Below, in pieces: positions 28,385-37,518 of a DNA stretch of 64,000 nucleotides. The translations under genes were made by a program, and so were the position numbers. Source of the DNA: Acetivibrionales bacterium (GTDB lineage: Bacteria; Bacillota; Clostridia; Acetivibrionales; DTU013); the NCBI GenBank assembly GCA_050952225.1, contig JBMNKL010000003.1, positions 169,846 to 233,845 on the forward strand, read 5' to 3'. Under the pieces are notes generated by a model. It saw only the letters and a list, made by a program, of their open reading frames with translations, made no database searches and was not told the origin of the DNA. The number at the start of each line of letters is the position of its first letter. Positions within the stretch are counted from its first letter, which is position 1.

Positions 28385-29504
28385 GCCCGGATTCCTCCTT
28401 TGGAACGGAAATGAAAATTTCGAAACCGTTTTCCGTCAGTATATTTATATTGCCGTTAAAAGACCGCACCCTTTCGGTTATATTCTTCAGCCCGAGGCCG
28501 CCGTCGCTGCGGGAACTTTTTACTGTGCCGTTATCCCTGATAATCAACTGGTATAGCGCAGGGTGCTCATTAAATATTATCGACGCGTGGGTTGCGTTTG
28601 AATGCTTGATTATATTGGACAGGGCTTCCTTTACAATTGAAATGAACGCGTACTTGAGTTTTCTGCCCGGGTTGCTGTTGATGTTATATTCATAGCTTAT
28701 CCCGCAGAAGGTGAATTTCTTCACCAGTTCCTTTACCTGGGCGTCAAGGTCGATCGATTCGTCATACAGCTTGTGAACACTGGCCCTGATGCTGTCCATT
28801 GCCTGGGACAACGTGTCGTTGAGGGTTTCGAGGTTGTCCCTGGTTTTTTCATCCCGGTTGATGGTAAGAAGCGCGCCTGCCTGCAATATGGCGCTTGATA
28901 AAAGGTGCCCGACATTGTCGTGAATTTCCCGGGCTATCCGGTTCCTTTCGTTTAAAGTTGCCAGGTTTAGCTCAATATCCTGGTTTTCCAGTAATTCGCT
29001 GCGCTGCTTCTTCAGCTGGATCGACATTTCCCTTGCCGCGTCGCCCAGTTCGTTGCACCTGGCATATAGCCTGGACTGTGATTCCATGTGGTATTTGACT
29101 AATATGCTCAATACAAGGAGGATTATTATTACGGATAGCGTTTGAACGGAAGCGGACCGGGCGAAATATAAAACCGGTATTATACCCAGGAGGTTGATGT
29201 ACTGGTACTTGCAGAAAAACATGTCGTATGCGATCAAGGGCAGAAATACTACCAGCGGGGGCAAAAAACAGGATAAAATGATAAATCCCGCGGTCAGAGC
29301 GGTCTTTATCCTGTTGTCGTCAAAGTAGCTCAGGAACCCGCTGAAAATGACGCTGACGAGCATTATTGCCACACCGGCGTCCATACCGGCGTGGACAAGG
29401 TATATGATCACGCAGCATATAAAGATGACAAGCTTATCCGCCAGGCTCAAAAAAACAGGCATAAACAACCATATCCCATACCAGGTATTAAATATCCTAA
29501 TCAA
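28362..29504 (-). CDS. Sensor histidine kinase, HisKA_3/LiaS-DesK type
   Basis: 380 aa. Multi-TM N-terminus, H-box RIAREIHDNVGHLLS, and an ATPase domain with DNG and GLGL motifs. Confidence 0.9.
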   Translation of the reverse strand: MIRIFNTWYGIWLFMPVFLSLADKLVIFICCVIIYLVHAGMDAGVAIMLVSVIFSGFLSYFDDNRIKTALTAGFIILSCFLPPLVVFLPLIAYDMFFCKYQYINLLGIIPVLYFARSASVQTLSVIIILLVLSILVKYHMESQSRLYARCNELGDAAREMSIQLKKQRSELLENQDIELNLATLNERNRIAREIHDNVGHLLSSAILQAGALLTINRDEKTRDNLETLNDTLSQAMDSIRASVHKLYDESIDLDAQVKELVKKFTFCGISYEYNINSNPGRKLKYAFISIVKEALSNIIKHSNATHASIIFNEHPALYQLIIRDNGTVKSSRSDGGLGLKNITERVRSFNGNINILTENGFEIFISVPKEESGLENIDRG

Positions 29505-29707
29505 ATATTACCATCTGCTTTTATCAATTACAATTGTAAGTTTTCATATTCCAAGGGTTGTAATCCTCTGCGAGTATATCCCGCTGCTTAGACTTGCGCT
29601 GTGTTGTTTGTGACATTTGTCACGCGGGAATGTGATTTGCGGCACTTACAATAAAAAGATATCCGAAGTATCATTAGCATGAAGAACGTATGCCAGGGGG
29701 ATGAAAA

Positions 29708-30640
29708 ATGGTTGTAAAGGTTAAGGATCTTGTCAAGCGCTATGGCGATCTGGTCGCGCTTGACCATCTGTCGCTCTCGGTAAGCGAGGGAGAGGTTTTC
29801 GGCTTGCTCGGGCCGAACGGATCCGGGAAAACAACGGCTATTAACTGCATTTTATCGCTGCTTGAGTACGACAAGGGGGAGATAGAAATTTTCGGCCGGC
29901 CTATGACGCCGGAAGCGTACGATATAAAGCGTGATATCGGTATTGTTATGCAGAATGTGGCTGTTTACGAGGAACTTACGGTGTATGAAAATATTGACTA
30001 TTTCTGCGGATTATATGTTGAAGATAAGGCCCTCAGAAAGAAGCTTGTTGATGAAGCGATTGAATTTGTGGGACTGCGCGAGTTTGTGAAGTTTTATCCC
30101 AAGAAGTTAAGCGGGGGTCTTCTGAGGAGGTTGAACATCGCCTGCGGTATAGCGCACAAGCCAAGGCTGATCATCATGGACGAACCGACCGTGGCGGTCG
30201 ACCCTCAGAGCAGGAACAAGATACTCGAAGGCATCCTGGAGCTGAACAGGCAAGGGGCGACAGTGATATACACGTCCCATTACATGGAAGAAGTAGAGAT
30301 GATCTGCAGCAGGATAATGATACTGGATAAAGGCAGGGAACTGGCTACCGGCACGAAGGATGAACTTAAATCAATGATTTCTATGGGCGAAAAGATTACG
30401 GTGGAATCATACGGCGTGACCGGGGAACAGGTTTCGGCATTGAAGGAACTGCCGCATGTTGTTTCTGTTGAATACAAGGACCACAAGCTTGTAATCAAAT
30501 CCGGCAAGGGTAAAAACAACCTGGAAACCGTACTGGATTTCATCAGGAAAGAGGGAATCCAGTTTGGCAAAATATACTCTGAATTGCCCACTTTAAACGA
30601 TGTTTTCCTGGAGATAACGGGAAAAGAACTGAGGGATTGA
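29708..30640 (+). CDS. ABC-2-type transporter ATP-binding protein
   Basis: 310 aa. Motifs GPNGSGKTT, LSGGLLRR and IMDEPTVAVD. Confidence 0.92.
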   Translation: MVVKVKDLVKRYGDLVALDHLSLSVSEGEVFGLLGPNGSGKTTAINCILSLLEYDKGEIEIFGRPMTPEAYDIKRDIGIVMQNVAVYEELTVYENIDYFCGLYVEDKALRKKLVDEAIEFVGLREFVKFYPKKLSGGLLRRLNIACGIAHKPRLIIMDEPTVAVDPQSRNKILEGILELNRQGATVIYTSHYMEEVEMICSRIMILDKGRELATGTKDELKSMISMGEKITVESYGVTGEQVSALKELPHVVSVEYKDHKLVIKSGKGKNNLETVLDFIRKEGIQFGKIYSELPTLNDVFLEITGKELRD

Positions 30641-30649
30641 GGAGGAGCA

Positions 30650-31789
30650 ATGATGTTTGTCCATATCTTCATATACAGGCTCAAATGCCTTTTACGGGAC
30701 AGGGAAACCGTATTCTGGACCCTGATGTTCCCGATTATCCTGGCGGTACTTTATAACCTGGCCTTTTCCAACCTGAACAAGGCAGAGGTTTTTAAAGCGA
30801 TAGACATAGCGGTTGTGGATAATGAACAATACCGGGATGACATTTCATTCAAAACGGCTATGGAAGAGGCTTCCAGGGGCGAAGACAGGTTGTTCAACCT
30901 GACCGTAGCTTCGGAGCAGGATGCCGAACGTATGCTTAAGGATAATTCAATTGCGGGTTATATCGCTGCCGGGAACCCGCCGAAGCTTATCGTAAGAAAA
31001 TCGGGCATCAGCCAGAGTATAATAAAGAGCTTTATAGATAATTATATCCAGACGGTTTCCGCTGCCAAATCAATACTGGCCGAAAACCCGGCGGCAGGGC
31101 AGGAGCTGTTTGCAAGCATTGCCGACAGCCGGCAATATGTCAGGGAAGTGTCCGGCACAAGCGTCGAGCCTGATAACGTGCTGAATTATTTTTATTCACT
31201 GATTGCCATGTCATGTTTGTACGGCGGATTTTTCGGGATGCGTGAAATTACGGATATCCAGGCCGATATTTCACCGCTTGCCGCAAGAGTGAACACAGCC
31301 CCGGTCCACAAGCTTAAAGCGTTTATAAGCAGCGTGTGCGCCGCATTCCTGGTGCATGTCGCAGAAATGTTTGCGCTGCTGGTATTTTTGCGTTTTGTTA
31401 TCAAGGTCGATTTTGGTTCAAAGACCGGTTATGTAATCCTGACTACGGTCGTAGGATCTGCCGCGGGCATTGCATTCGGCGCGCTTGTCAGCGCAATAGC
31501 AAAGAAATCCGAAAATACGAAGGTCGGCATAATAATAAGCGTGAGCATGATTGGATCTTTCCTGGCAGGCATGATGTACCAGGGCATGAAATACATCGTG
31601 GCAAAAAACGTACCGGTCCTGTCCTGGGTGAATCCGATCAACCTGGTTACCGACGCTTTTTACCGCCTTTACTATTATGACGGTTTTTCAAGATATTTTC
31701 TCAACCTGGGCGCCCTGCTGATTTTCATTTTTACATGTTGCACGGTGATTTATTTAATAATAAGGAGGCGCAGGTATGCAAGTCTTTAA
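30650..31789 (+). CDS. ABC-2-type transporter permease
   Basis: 379 aa. N-terminal TM helix, a large extracytoplasmic loop, and a C-terminal bundle of 5 TM helices. Confidence 0.8.
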   Translation: MMFVHIFIYRLKCLLRDRETVFWTLMFPIILAVLYNLAFSNLNKAEVFKAIDIAVVDNEQYRDDISFKTAMEEASRGEDRLFNLTVASEQDAERMLKDNSIAGYIAAGNPPKLIVRKSGISQSIIKSFIDNYIQTVSAAKSILAENPAAGQELFASIADSRQYVREVSGTSVEPDNVLNYFYSLIAMSCLYGGFFGMREITDIQADISPLAARVNTAPVHKLKAFISSVCAAFLVHVAEMFALLVFLRFVIKVDFGSKTGYVILTTVVGSAAGIAFGALVSAIAKKSENTKVGIIISVSMIGSFLAGMMYQGMKYIVAKNVPVLSWVNPINLVTDAFYRLYYYDGFSRYFLNLGALLIFIFTCCTVIYLIIRRRRYASL

Positions 31790-32942
31790 CCTTTGCTTGA
31801 AGATTCTCAGGAAGAACTTGCCGCTAATGATTATGTATATCGGCATTTTCCTGGGCGTGTCACTTATAATGTCTTTAAATATGTCAAACGAACGGAAAAA
31901 GGAAAGCCTCTTTAGCGGGACGAAAAGCGATATTGCATTTATAAGCGAAGAAAACAGCATTTTTATAGAAGGACTAAAAAATGAGCTTGGAAAAGTCGCC
32001 AATTTTGTCGGGCTTCCGGAGGAGAAGGAAGCGCTGCAGGATGCGCTTTTTTTCAGGGAGGTATCGTATATCCTGCGAATACCCGAAGGTTTCACCGAAG
32101 ACTTTATGAACGGCGGGGATATGCAGCTTGAAAAGACTGTTGTGCCGGGCTCGGCGAGCAACATTTATATCGATATTGCAATTAATAAATATCTTAATAC
32201 CGCCAGGCTTTATATCGAGCATGTAAAGGATATTTCTCAGGAATCTCTTGTGAAACAGCTTGAGTCGGATTTGTCAACCGACACGTCAGTAGAGCTTATG
32301 TCAACTGCCGGCAATGTGAAGGATACCGCTTACTCGAATTATTTTTACAACTACATGGCATATTCGCTGTTATACATTCTTATTTTAGGGGTGAGCGTGC
32401 TGATGCTCGTGTTCCATGACAGCAATTTAAAAAAGAGGAATGCCTGCTCGCCTATAAATGCATTCAGCGTCAATATGCAGTTCATGGGAGCGATTTTGCT
32501 GCTGACGTTTGCATCATGGCTGATAATGGTGGTATTCTGCATAATGTTTAACCTTGAAAACGCTCTTGGCATGAACACGGTTTGCTTTATCATGAATTCA
32601 TTTGTTTTTGCTATTTGCGGCGCCAGCCTGAGCTTTTTGATCGGCAACCTAGTGAAAAGCAGGAGCGTGATTTCTGCGGCCAGCAACGTAGTTACGCTGG
32701 GGTTTTCATTTATCAGCGGAGTTTTTGTCCCGCAGCAGTTTATAGCGGATTTTGTTCTCAGGATTGCAAGCTTTACTCCGACGTACTGGTTTGTCAGGGC
32801 AAACAACCGTATTGCGGAGCTGACGCAATTTGATTTTTCAAGCCTTCAGCCTGTTTTTTCAGACATGCTGATGCAATTTGGTTTTGCGCTGGCGTTCCTC
32901 GCCGTCGCGCTGGTCGTTGGAAAGAGAAGGAGCCTGGCTTGA
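31776..32942 (+). CDS. ABC-2-type transporter permease (second subunit)
   Basis: 388 aa with the same architecture as the preceding permease. It overlaps that gene by 14 nt. Confidence 0.8.
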   Translation: MQVFNLCLKILRKNLPLMIMYIGIFLGVSLIMSLNMSNERKKESLFSGTKSDIAFISEENSIFIEGLKNELGKVANFVGLPEEKEALQDALFFREVSYILRIPEGFTEDFMNGGDMQLEKTVVPGSASNIYIDIAINKYLNTARLYIEHVKDISQESLVKQLESDLSTDTSVELMSTAGNVKDTAYSNYFYNYMAYSLLYILILGVSVLMLVFHDSNLKKRNACSPINAFSVNMQFMGAILLLTFASWLIMVVFCIMFNLENALGMNTVCFIMNSFVFAICGASLSFLIGNLVKSRSVISAASNVVTLGFSFISGVFVPQQFIADFVLRIASFTPTYWFVRANNRIAELTQFDFSSLQPVFSDMLMQFGFALAFLAVALVVGKRRSLA

Positions 32943-33015
32943 AGCGGCAGAGTTGGCATGGCGCAAATTGGAGATTCGGCGGAGGAATGTCCGCAGGGTG
33001 TTATGCTTTTTTTCC

Positions 33016-33044
33016 TTGACAGACGTTATTGTTTCTGTTATGAT
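33016..33044 (+). promoter_or_regulatory. Sigma-A promoter of the infC-rpmI-rplT operon
   Basis: TTGACA (33016-33021), 17-nt spacer, TATGAT (33039-33044). Confidence 0.6.
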
Positions 33045-33049
33045 TATTC

Positions 33050-33223
33050 CGGAAAAACAAAGAAGAAGTCAACCGCTTCTCACCTTGCGGACTTGTCTTG
33101 CAAGGTTAATAGTTAAGGGAGTTGCTGCAAACCTGCTATTAGGTGGATTGACGGTCTTCTGCGATCCACTTTTTGTTTTGGTTTTTGCGGATAAAATTGT
33201 GAAATAATACTCGGAGGTGTTTA
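33050..33223 (+). promoter_or_regulatory. infC operon leader with attenuator terminator (L20-leader type)
   Basis: A transcribed leader of about 170 nt. Hairpin 33141-33171 (AGGTGGATTG/CGATCCACTT) is followed by TTTTGTTTTGGTTTTT, directly upstream of the infC SD. The position matches the Firmicute L20 autoregulatory leader. I have not verified the rRNA-mimic fold. Confidence 0.45.
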
Positions 33224-33742
33224 ATTATCAGGAGCAAACATGAATATATGATTAATGAGGAGATCAGGGACAAGGAAGTGCGTTTGATTGATTCTGACGG
33301 ATCCATGCTGGGCATTATGCCTGTCAAGGATGCTCAGAAGATAGCGGCTAATAAGAATCTTGACCTTGTTAAGATTGCTCCGCATGCTGTCCCGCCCGTT
33401 TGCAAAATCATGGATTACGGGAAGTATATGTTTGAGATTGCAAAAAGGGAAAAGGAAGCGAAAAAGAACCAGAGGATAATCAATGTCAAGGAAGTTTGGA
33501 TCAAACCAACGATTGAAGAACACGACTTCAGCTTCAAGGCAAAAAACGCATACAGATTCTTGAAAGAAGGGGACAAGGTAAAAGTTGGTGTGCGGTTCAG
33601 GGGCAGGGAAATGAATTATACATCTCTGGGCGAACAGATGCTCAATAAATTCGCAGAAGCTGTCGCGGAAGTGGGAACAGTGGAAAGAAAGCCTAAACTG
33701 GAAGGCAGGAACATGATCATGATACTCAATCCCAAGCAGTAA
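33224..33742 (+). CDS. infC: Translation initiation factor IF-3 (ATT start)
   Basis: The ORF track starts at ATG 33248. An in-frame ATT at 33224 lies 6 nt after GGAGG (33213-33217), giving IIRSKHEYMINEEIRDKEVRLI. A non-canonical AUU start is the known infC autoregulatory feature. Confidence 0.9.
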   Translation: MIRSKHEYMINEEIRDKEVRLIDSDGSMLGIMPVKDAQKIAANKNLDLVKIAPHAVPPVCKIMDYGKYMFEIAKREKEAKKNQRIINVKEVWIKPTIEEHDFSFKAKNAYRFLKEGDKVKVGVRFRGREMNYTSLGEQMLNKFAEAVAEVGTVERKPKLEGRNMIMILNPKQ

Positions 33743-33810
33743 GGCATTTGCATCGGCTACGGGCAATACTTGGGGATTGCCGCAGACAGACAAGTTAAGG
33801 AGGAGTTTAT

Positions 33811-34005
33811 ATGGCAAAATTGAAAACACACAGCGCATCCAAGAAAAGGTTTAAAATAACCGCTACGGGGAAGGTTAAAATGAGTCACGCTTTCAGAAGC
33901 CACAGGCTTATATCGAAGGCGAGAAAAGCAAAGAAACACCACAGGCGTGGAGCTTATGCTTCTTCCGCAGACGAGGCGACTATCAAGAAGACTTATTCCA
34001 TATAA
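33811..34005 (+). CDS. rpmI: 50S ribosomal protein L35
   Basis: 64 aa, MAKLKTHSASKKRFKITATGKV. Confidence 0.95.
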   Translation: MAKLKTHSASKKRFKITATGKVKMSHAFRSHRLISKARKAKKHHRRGAYASSADEATIKKTYSI

Positions 34006-34100
34006 GTAAGAGGGCACAGACGCATAAGTGAAAGTGTTGGCAAGACGTTCAGGAAAGAAGCATAAACGAGACGTATAAGGCAAGAAAGGAGAAGATTTTT

Positions 34101-34454
34101 ATGGCAAGAGTCAAAGGCGCAATGAGGACGCGTGCGAGACACAAGAAAGTACTCAAGCTTGCCAAGGGTTATTTCGGAGGCAAGAGCAAGCTTTTTAGAA
34201 TAGCAAACCAGGCAGTTATGAAGTCCCTTTCATATGCGTACAGGGATAGGAGAGCACGGAAGAGGGATTTCAGGCGGCTATGGATAACCAGGATTAACGC
34301 TGCCGCAAGGATGAACGGGATGAGCTACAGCAAATTTATGAACGGCCTCAAGAAAGCCGGTATCGGCCTTAACAGGAAAATGCTCGCCGATATGGCCGTA
34401 AATGACGCGGAGGCCTTTGCTCAGCTGGTTGAAAGCGTGAGAAACGGCGGTTAA
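34101..34454 (+). CDS. rplT: 50S ribosomal protein L20
   Basis: 117 aa, [26 protein letters not shown]. Confidence 0.95.
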   Translation: MARVKGAMRTRARHKKVLKLAKGYFGGKSKLFRIANQAVMKSLSYAYRDRRARKRDFRRLWITRINAAARMNGMSYSKFMNGLKKAGIGLNRKMLADMAVNDAEAFAQLVESVRNGG

Positions 34455-34473
34455 TACCGCCGCTTTGTTTTTG
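34445..34473 (+). terminator. Rho-independent terminator after rplT
   Basis: CGGCGG-ttaata-CCGCCG followed by CTTTGTTTTT. Confidence 0.65.
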
Positions 34474-34519
34474 TAATAAAGTAATTCCGGTTCATGAAAC
34501 GGCTTTTAAGGAGTAATGA

Positions 34520-35324
34520 ATGATCAGGCTGACAGGAAGCAGTAATCCGGTCATAAAAGAGGTCAGGTCTCTTAGGAACAGGAGTGCCAGGGAAAAGAAA
34601 GGGATTTATTTCATAGAAGGTTCCAAGTTTGTGGCCGAGGCATTGAAAGAAAACACTGATATTCTTTATATCATCATGTCCGATATGTTCCTGGCGGGGC
34701 AAGGGAAGGAAGAACTGGCGGACATAATTGAAAAATCTTCGATAAGATGCTATGGAGTTCCCGAAAGCTTATTCGGTTCAATATCGGATACACGGACCCC
34801 GCAAGGCATATTGGCCGTGCTTCGCCTGCAAAGACAGGCGCTTAAAGAAGCTGTTCCTGGAAAAGGCATGCTGGTTGTAATGGACAATGTCAGGGACCCC
34901 GGCAATATGGGTACGATTATCAGGACGGCCGACGCCGCGGGCTGCGCAGGCGTTATAGTCACCGACGGCTGTGTCGATGTTTTCAACCCAAAGGTGCTTC
35001 GCTCAACCATGGGATCGATTTTCCATATTCCGGTCTACCACTGCGGCAGCGTGGAAGAGGCTCTGAAAAAAGTAAAGGAATCGGGCTTCTTGATATGCGC
35101 GTCGCACCTGGAAGGTGCAACCGATATTTTTGACGTGGATCTTGACAGGCAATGTAGCGTTGGTTATCGGAAGCGAAGCCGGGGGAGTAAGCGAAGCGGC
35201 GGTGCGAAATGCCGATTTGCTGGTAAGAATACCGATGGCGGGCAGGGCCGAGTCGCTGAATGTATCCGTCGCTGCCGGAATTATGATGTTTGAAGCCGTG
35301 CGCCAGAAGAAGGGATATTGTTAG
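34520..35324 (+). pseudogene. TrmH/SpoU-family RNA 2'-O-methyltransferase interrupted by a +1 frameshift
   Basis: ORF 34520-35293 reads ...ASHLEGATDIFDVDL and then becomes nonsense. The +1 frame from 35145 reads TGNVALVIGSEAGGVSEAAVRNADLLVRIPMAGRAESLNVSVAAGIMMFE, the SpoU C-terminal knot motifs. One extra base lies at about 35143-35144. Confidence 0.85.
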
Positions 35325-35722
35325 AATATATTCCTCATGTTCGGCAATTCCTTTTCCGGAATATGGCTGACATATTTTGCGAGGGCTGAGGCTTCGGATA
35401 ACGATGAAGCCTTGTCGCATGTTTCAACAAATCTTTGAAGGCGTGAGAGCGTAATGTCGATATTGTCTATTTCCTGGTGATCCACTAATGCCGACCACTT
35501 ACCTTTTACTTTTTCGACCATTCCATGATTTACCCGGTCCAATGAATTGCCGGCATTTTTCCAGTCTTCGGATACGATGTTTTCTTCAAGCTCTTTGATA
35601 GGTTGCGTCATCTTTTGTGAATCATTGTAGAGCACCCGTTGCGCGGTTATTCCCGAGGATATGATTAAAAGCATCAGCAATATGATTACGGCTGTTATTT
35701 TAATTGTAACGCCCTGCTTCAT
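35321..35722 (-). CDS. DUF4363-like small membrane-anchored protein
   Basis: 133 aa. N-terminal TM helix. It is translationally coupled (ATGA) to the DUF421 gene upstream, the usual clostridial pairing. Confidence 0.55.
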   Translation of the reverse strand: MKQGVTIKITAVIILLMLLIISSGITAQRVLYNDSQKMTQPIKELEENIVSEDWKNAGNSLDRVNHGMVEKVKGKWSALVDHQEIDNIDITLSRLQRFVETCDKASSLSEASALAKYVSHIPEKELPNMRNIF

Positions 35723-36416
35723 TTGTGTGTGTTTGCCGCTCCTTTCTCATATCCCTGGATATGCAGCCTGCCGGAAGGGTCGATGCAGGCATACAGAACC
35801 TGGCCGGGGTTGTCGTAATGCTTCTTGCGCAGTTCCGTTTCAAGCCATGAAAATGTCCTTCCCGGCTTTTTTCAGGTTATCCGACAATACACGGCCGTCG
35901 ATTATTGCGTCTATCGGTATGTTTTCATAATCGGTCTTTATATTCATATCTTCGGGTGTAAGCGGCCTTTTTTGAGATTTTGGCATGACGCTCAACTGAC
36001 CGTTTGTCTCAAGCACGGCATATTCTACATCGGCTAAGTTCGGGTAATTATTTATTCTGAGTTGTTCGAGGAGGTCGTTGAGCGTATATAATTCTTTCTG
36101 CAATTCCTTTTCTCTTATTTTCCCTTTTTCGATCAATATTGTCGGTTTGCCGCAAATCAAAGCCCTTGCCCGTATGCTTTTCAATGAAAGAAACGACATA
36201 AGAAGCTGTGCCTGCCAGCAATGTTATTATAGGTATTATTCCGTTAAGAAGCGGAATGCCGGTGTCCTGCATCGGTACGGCGGCCAGTTCGGATATCATG
36301 ATGGCGGCTGCAAGCTCAAATGGCTGCAGCTGTCCTATTTGCCGTTTTCCCATGATTCTCATTACGATTACGACTATCAGGTAAAGTATAAGCGCCCTGG
36401 CGAATACTACCAGCAT
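35719..36416 (-). pseudogene. DUF421 (YetF/YdfS-like) membrane protein split by two +1 frameshifts
   Basis: Three consecutive frames. (1) MLVVFARALILYLIVVIVMRIMGKRQIGQLQPFE...ITLLAG. (2) LLMSFLSLKSIRARALICGKPTILIEKGKI...DVEYAVLETNGQLSV...LKKAG. (3) WLETELRKKHYDNPGQVLYACIDPSGRLHIQGYEKGAANTHK*. The shifts lie at about 36211 and 35848-35863. The last frame ends in ATGA overlapping the next gene. Confidence 0.8.
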
Positions 36417-36598
36417 CAGGCAATCTCCCCTTTATTGGGTATTTATAGATGTACTTTCAGCAATCACTCATATTCTTTACAAAGCATATAAAGGTTATTC
36501 AGTTTAGGACGACAGGAAACGTTTATATTTTTTGCCCTGAATATTATGTGTGAATATGCGCAAACTAATCTGGAATACAAACTAAAAGGAGGGATAAT

Positions 36599-36796
36599 AT
36601 GTCTTTGACAACAAGGGAACTGCTGTATATCCAGGATAATATCAAAATGACCGAAAACTCGATTAAATTAATGCAATCTTGCGCTGAAATGGCCTCTGAT
36701 CCCCAGATTAAAGGCCTTTGCCAGAGTATGGCGAGGGAGCATCAGCAGGATTTGCAAACGCTTATCAGGCATGTAAACGCCAGTAACGTACAATAA
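36599..36796 (+). CDS. Small protein paired with CotF (spore-coat associated, hypothetical)
   Basis: 65 aa with a strong SD (AAAGGAGGG). It lies 11 nt upstream of the CotF-family gene. Confidence 0.5.
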   Translation: MSLTTRELLYIQDNIKMTENSIKLMQSCAEMASDPQIKGLCQSMAREHQQDLQTLIRHVNASNVQ

Positions 36797-36807
36797 GGAG
36801 GTAAAAA

Positions 36808-37083
36808 ATGATGAGATTAAGTGATAAGGAAATCGCTCAGACACTGCTTAATGAGCATAAGCTTTTTGCAACTTCTTTGACAAATCTCGTGCTTGAGAGT
36901 TCGAACCAGTCATTGAGAAATGACGCAGCCGGTCTTTTGAGCAGGGCATTTCAGCATCAGAAGAACATATATGACCTGATGGCGCAGAAAGGTTGGTATA
37001 CGGTGCAGCAAGCAACCCCGCAGGAGATTAACGCGGCGAAACAGGAAGTAAGCAAAGTACAGTCATCTGTCGGCTACATGTAA
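36808..37083 (+). CDS. Spore coat protein F (CotF) family
   Basis: 91 aa. LSDKEIAQTLLNEHK...ESSNQSLRND...QHQKNIYDLMAQKGWY matches the Coat_F pattern. Confidence 0.7.
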   Translation: MMRLSDKEIAQTLLNEHKLFATSLTNLVLESSNQSLRNDAAGLLSRAFQHQKNIYDLMAQKGWYTVQQATPQEINAAKQEVSKVQSSVGYM

Positions 37084-37119
37084 TGCGCGGCCGGATTTGC
37101 TTCGCAAATGGCTATAAAC

Positions 37120-37156
37120 AAAAAAAGCAGGCGGTGTGAACCACCCTGCTTTTTTG
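37120..37156. terminator. Bidirectional terminator between the CotF-family gene and the SASP gene
   Basis: A GC-rich hairpin AGCAGGCGGTG-tgaa-CCACCCTGCT flanked by A6 upstream and T6 downstream. Confidence 0.7.
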
Positions 37157-37169
37157 TTATCAAAGATTG

Positions 37170-37361
37170 CTATTTCTTGATTTCATAGTTGTTTCCGGTA
37201 TAAGATTCAAACACCTTTTTTACTATATTGCCACCGATCTTACCTGCATCTCTCGATGCGATGTCACCGTTATAACCCTGCTTAAGATTTACGCCAACCT
37301 GGCTGGCGATTTCATATTTCATCTTTTCAAACGCAGTCTTGCTTCTGCTGTTGTTAGCCAT
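37170..37361 (-). CDS. Alpha/beta-type small acid-soluble spore protein
   Basis: 63 aa. KYEIASQVGV and SRDAGKIGGNIVKK motifs. SD GAGGAGG. Confidence 0.9.
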   Translation of the reverse strand: MANNSRSKTAFEKMKYEIASQVGVNLKQGYNGDIASRDAGKIGGNIVKKVFESYTGNNYEIKK

Positions 37362-37518
37362 TTTATCACCTCCTCAGTAACTATTGTGTCAAAAAAGTAT
37401 GCGTTTATTACATGAAAGATATGGCTGATAATTTTACTGAGAAGGTACATTTTGGCATAATATATTCGGCATGAATAGTTAAACATTATTTATATACGGA
37501 AAGTTTAAATTAAGCATT

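Noticed and set aside
37362-37450. Forespore (sigma-G type) promoter for the SASP gene.
   Set aside because: TGTAATA-17 nt-CACAATA on the minus strand is only a loose match to sigma-G/F consensus as I recall it. It is plausible biologically but too weak to report as a feature.
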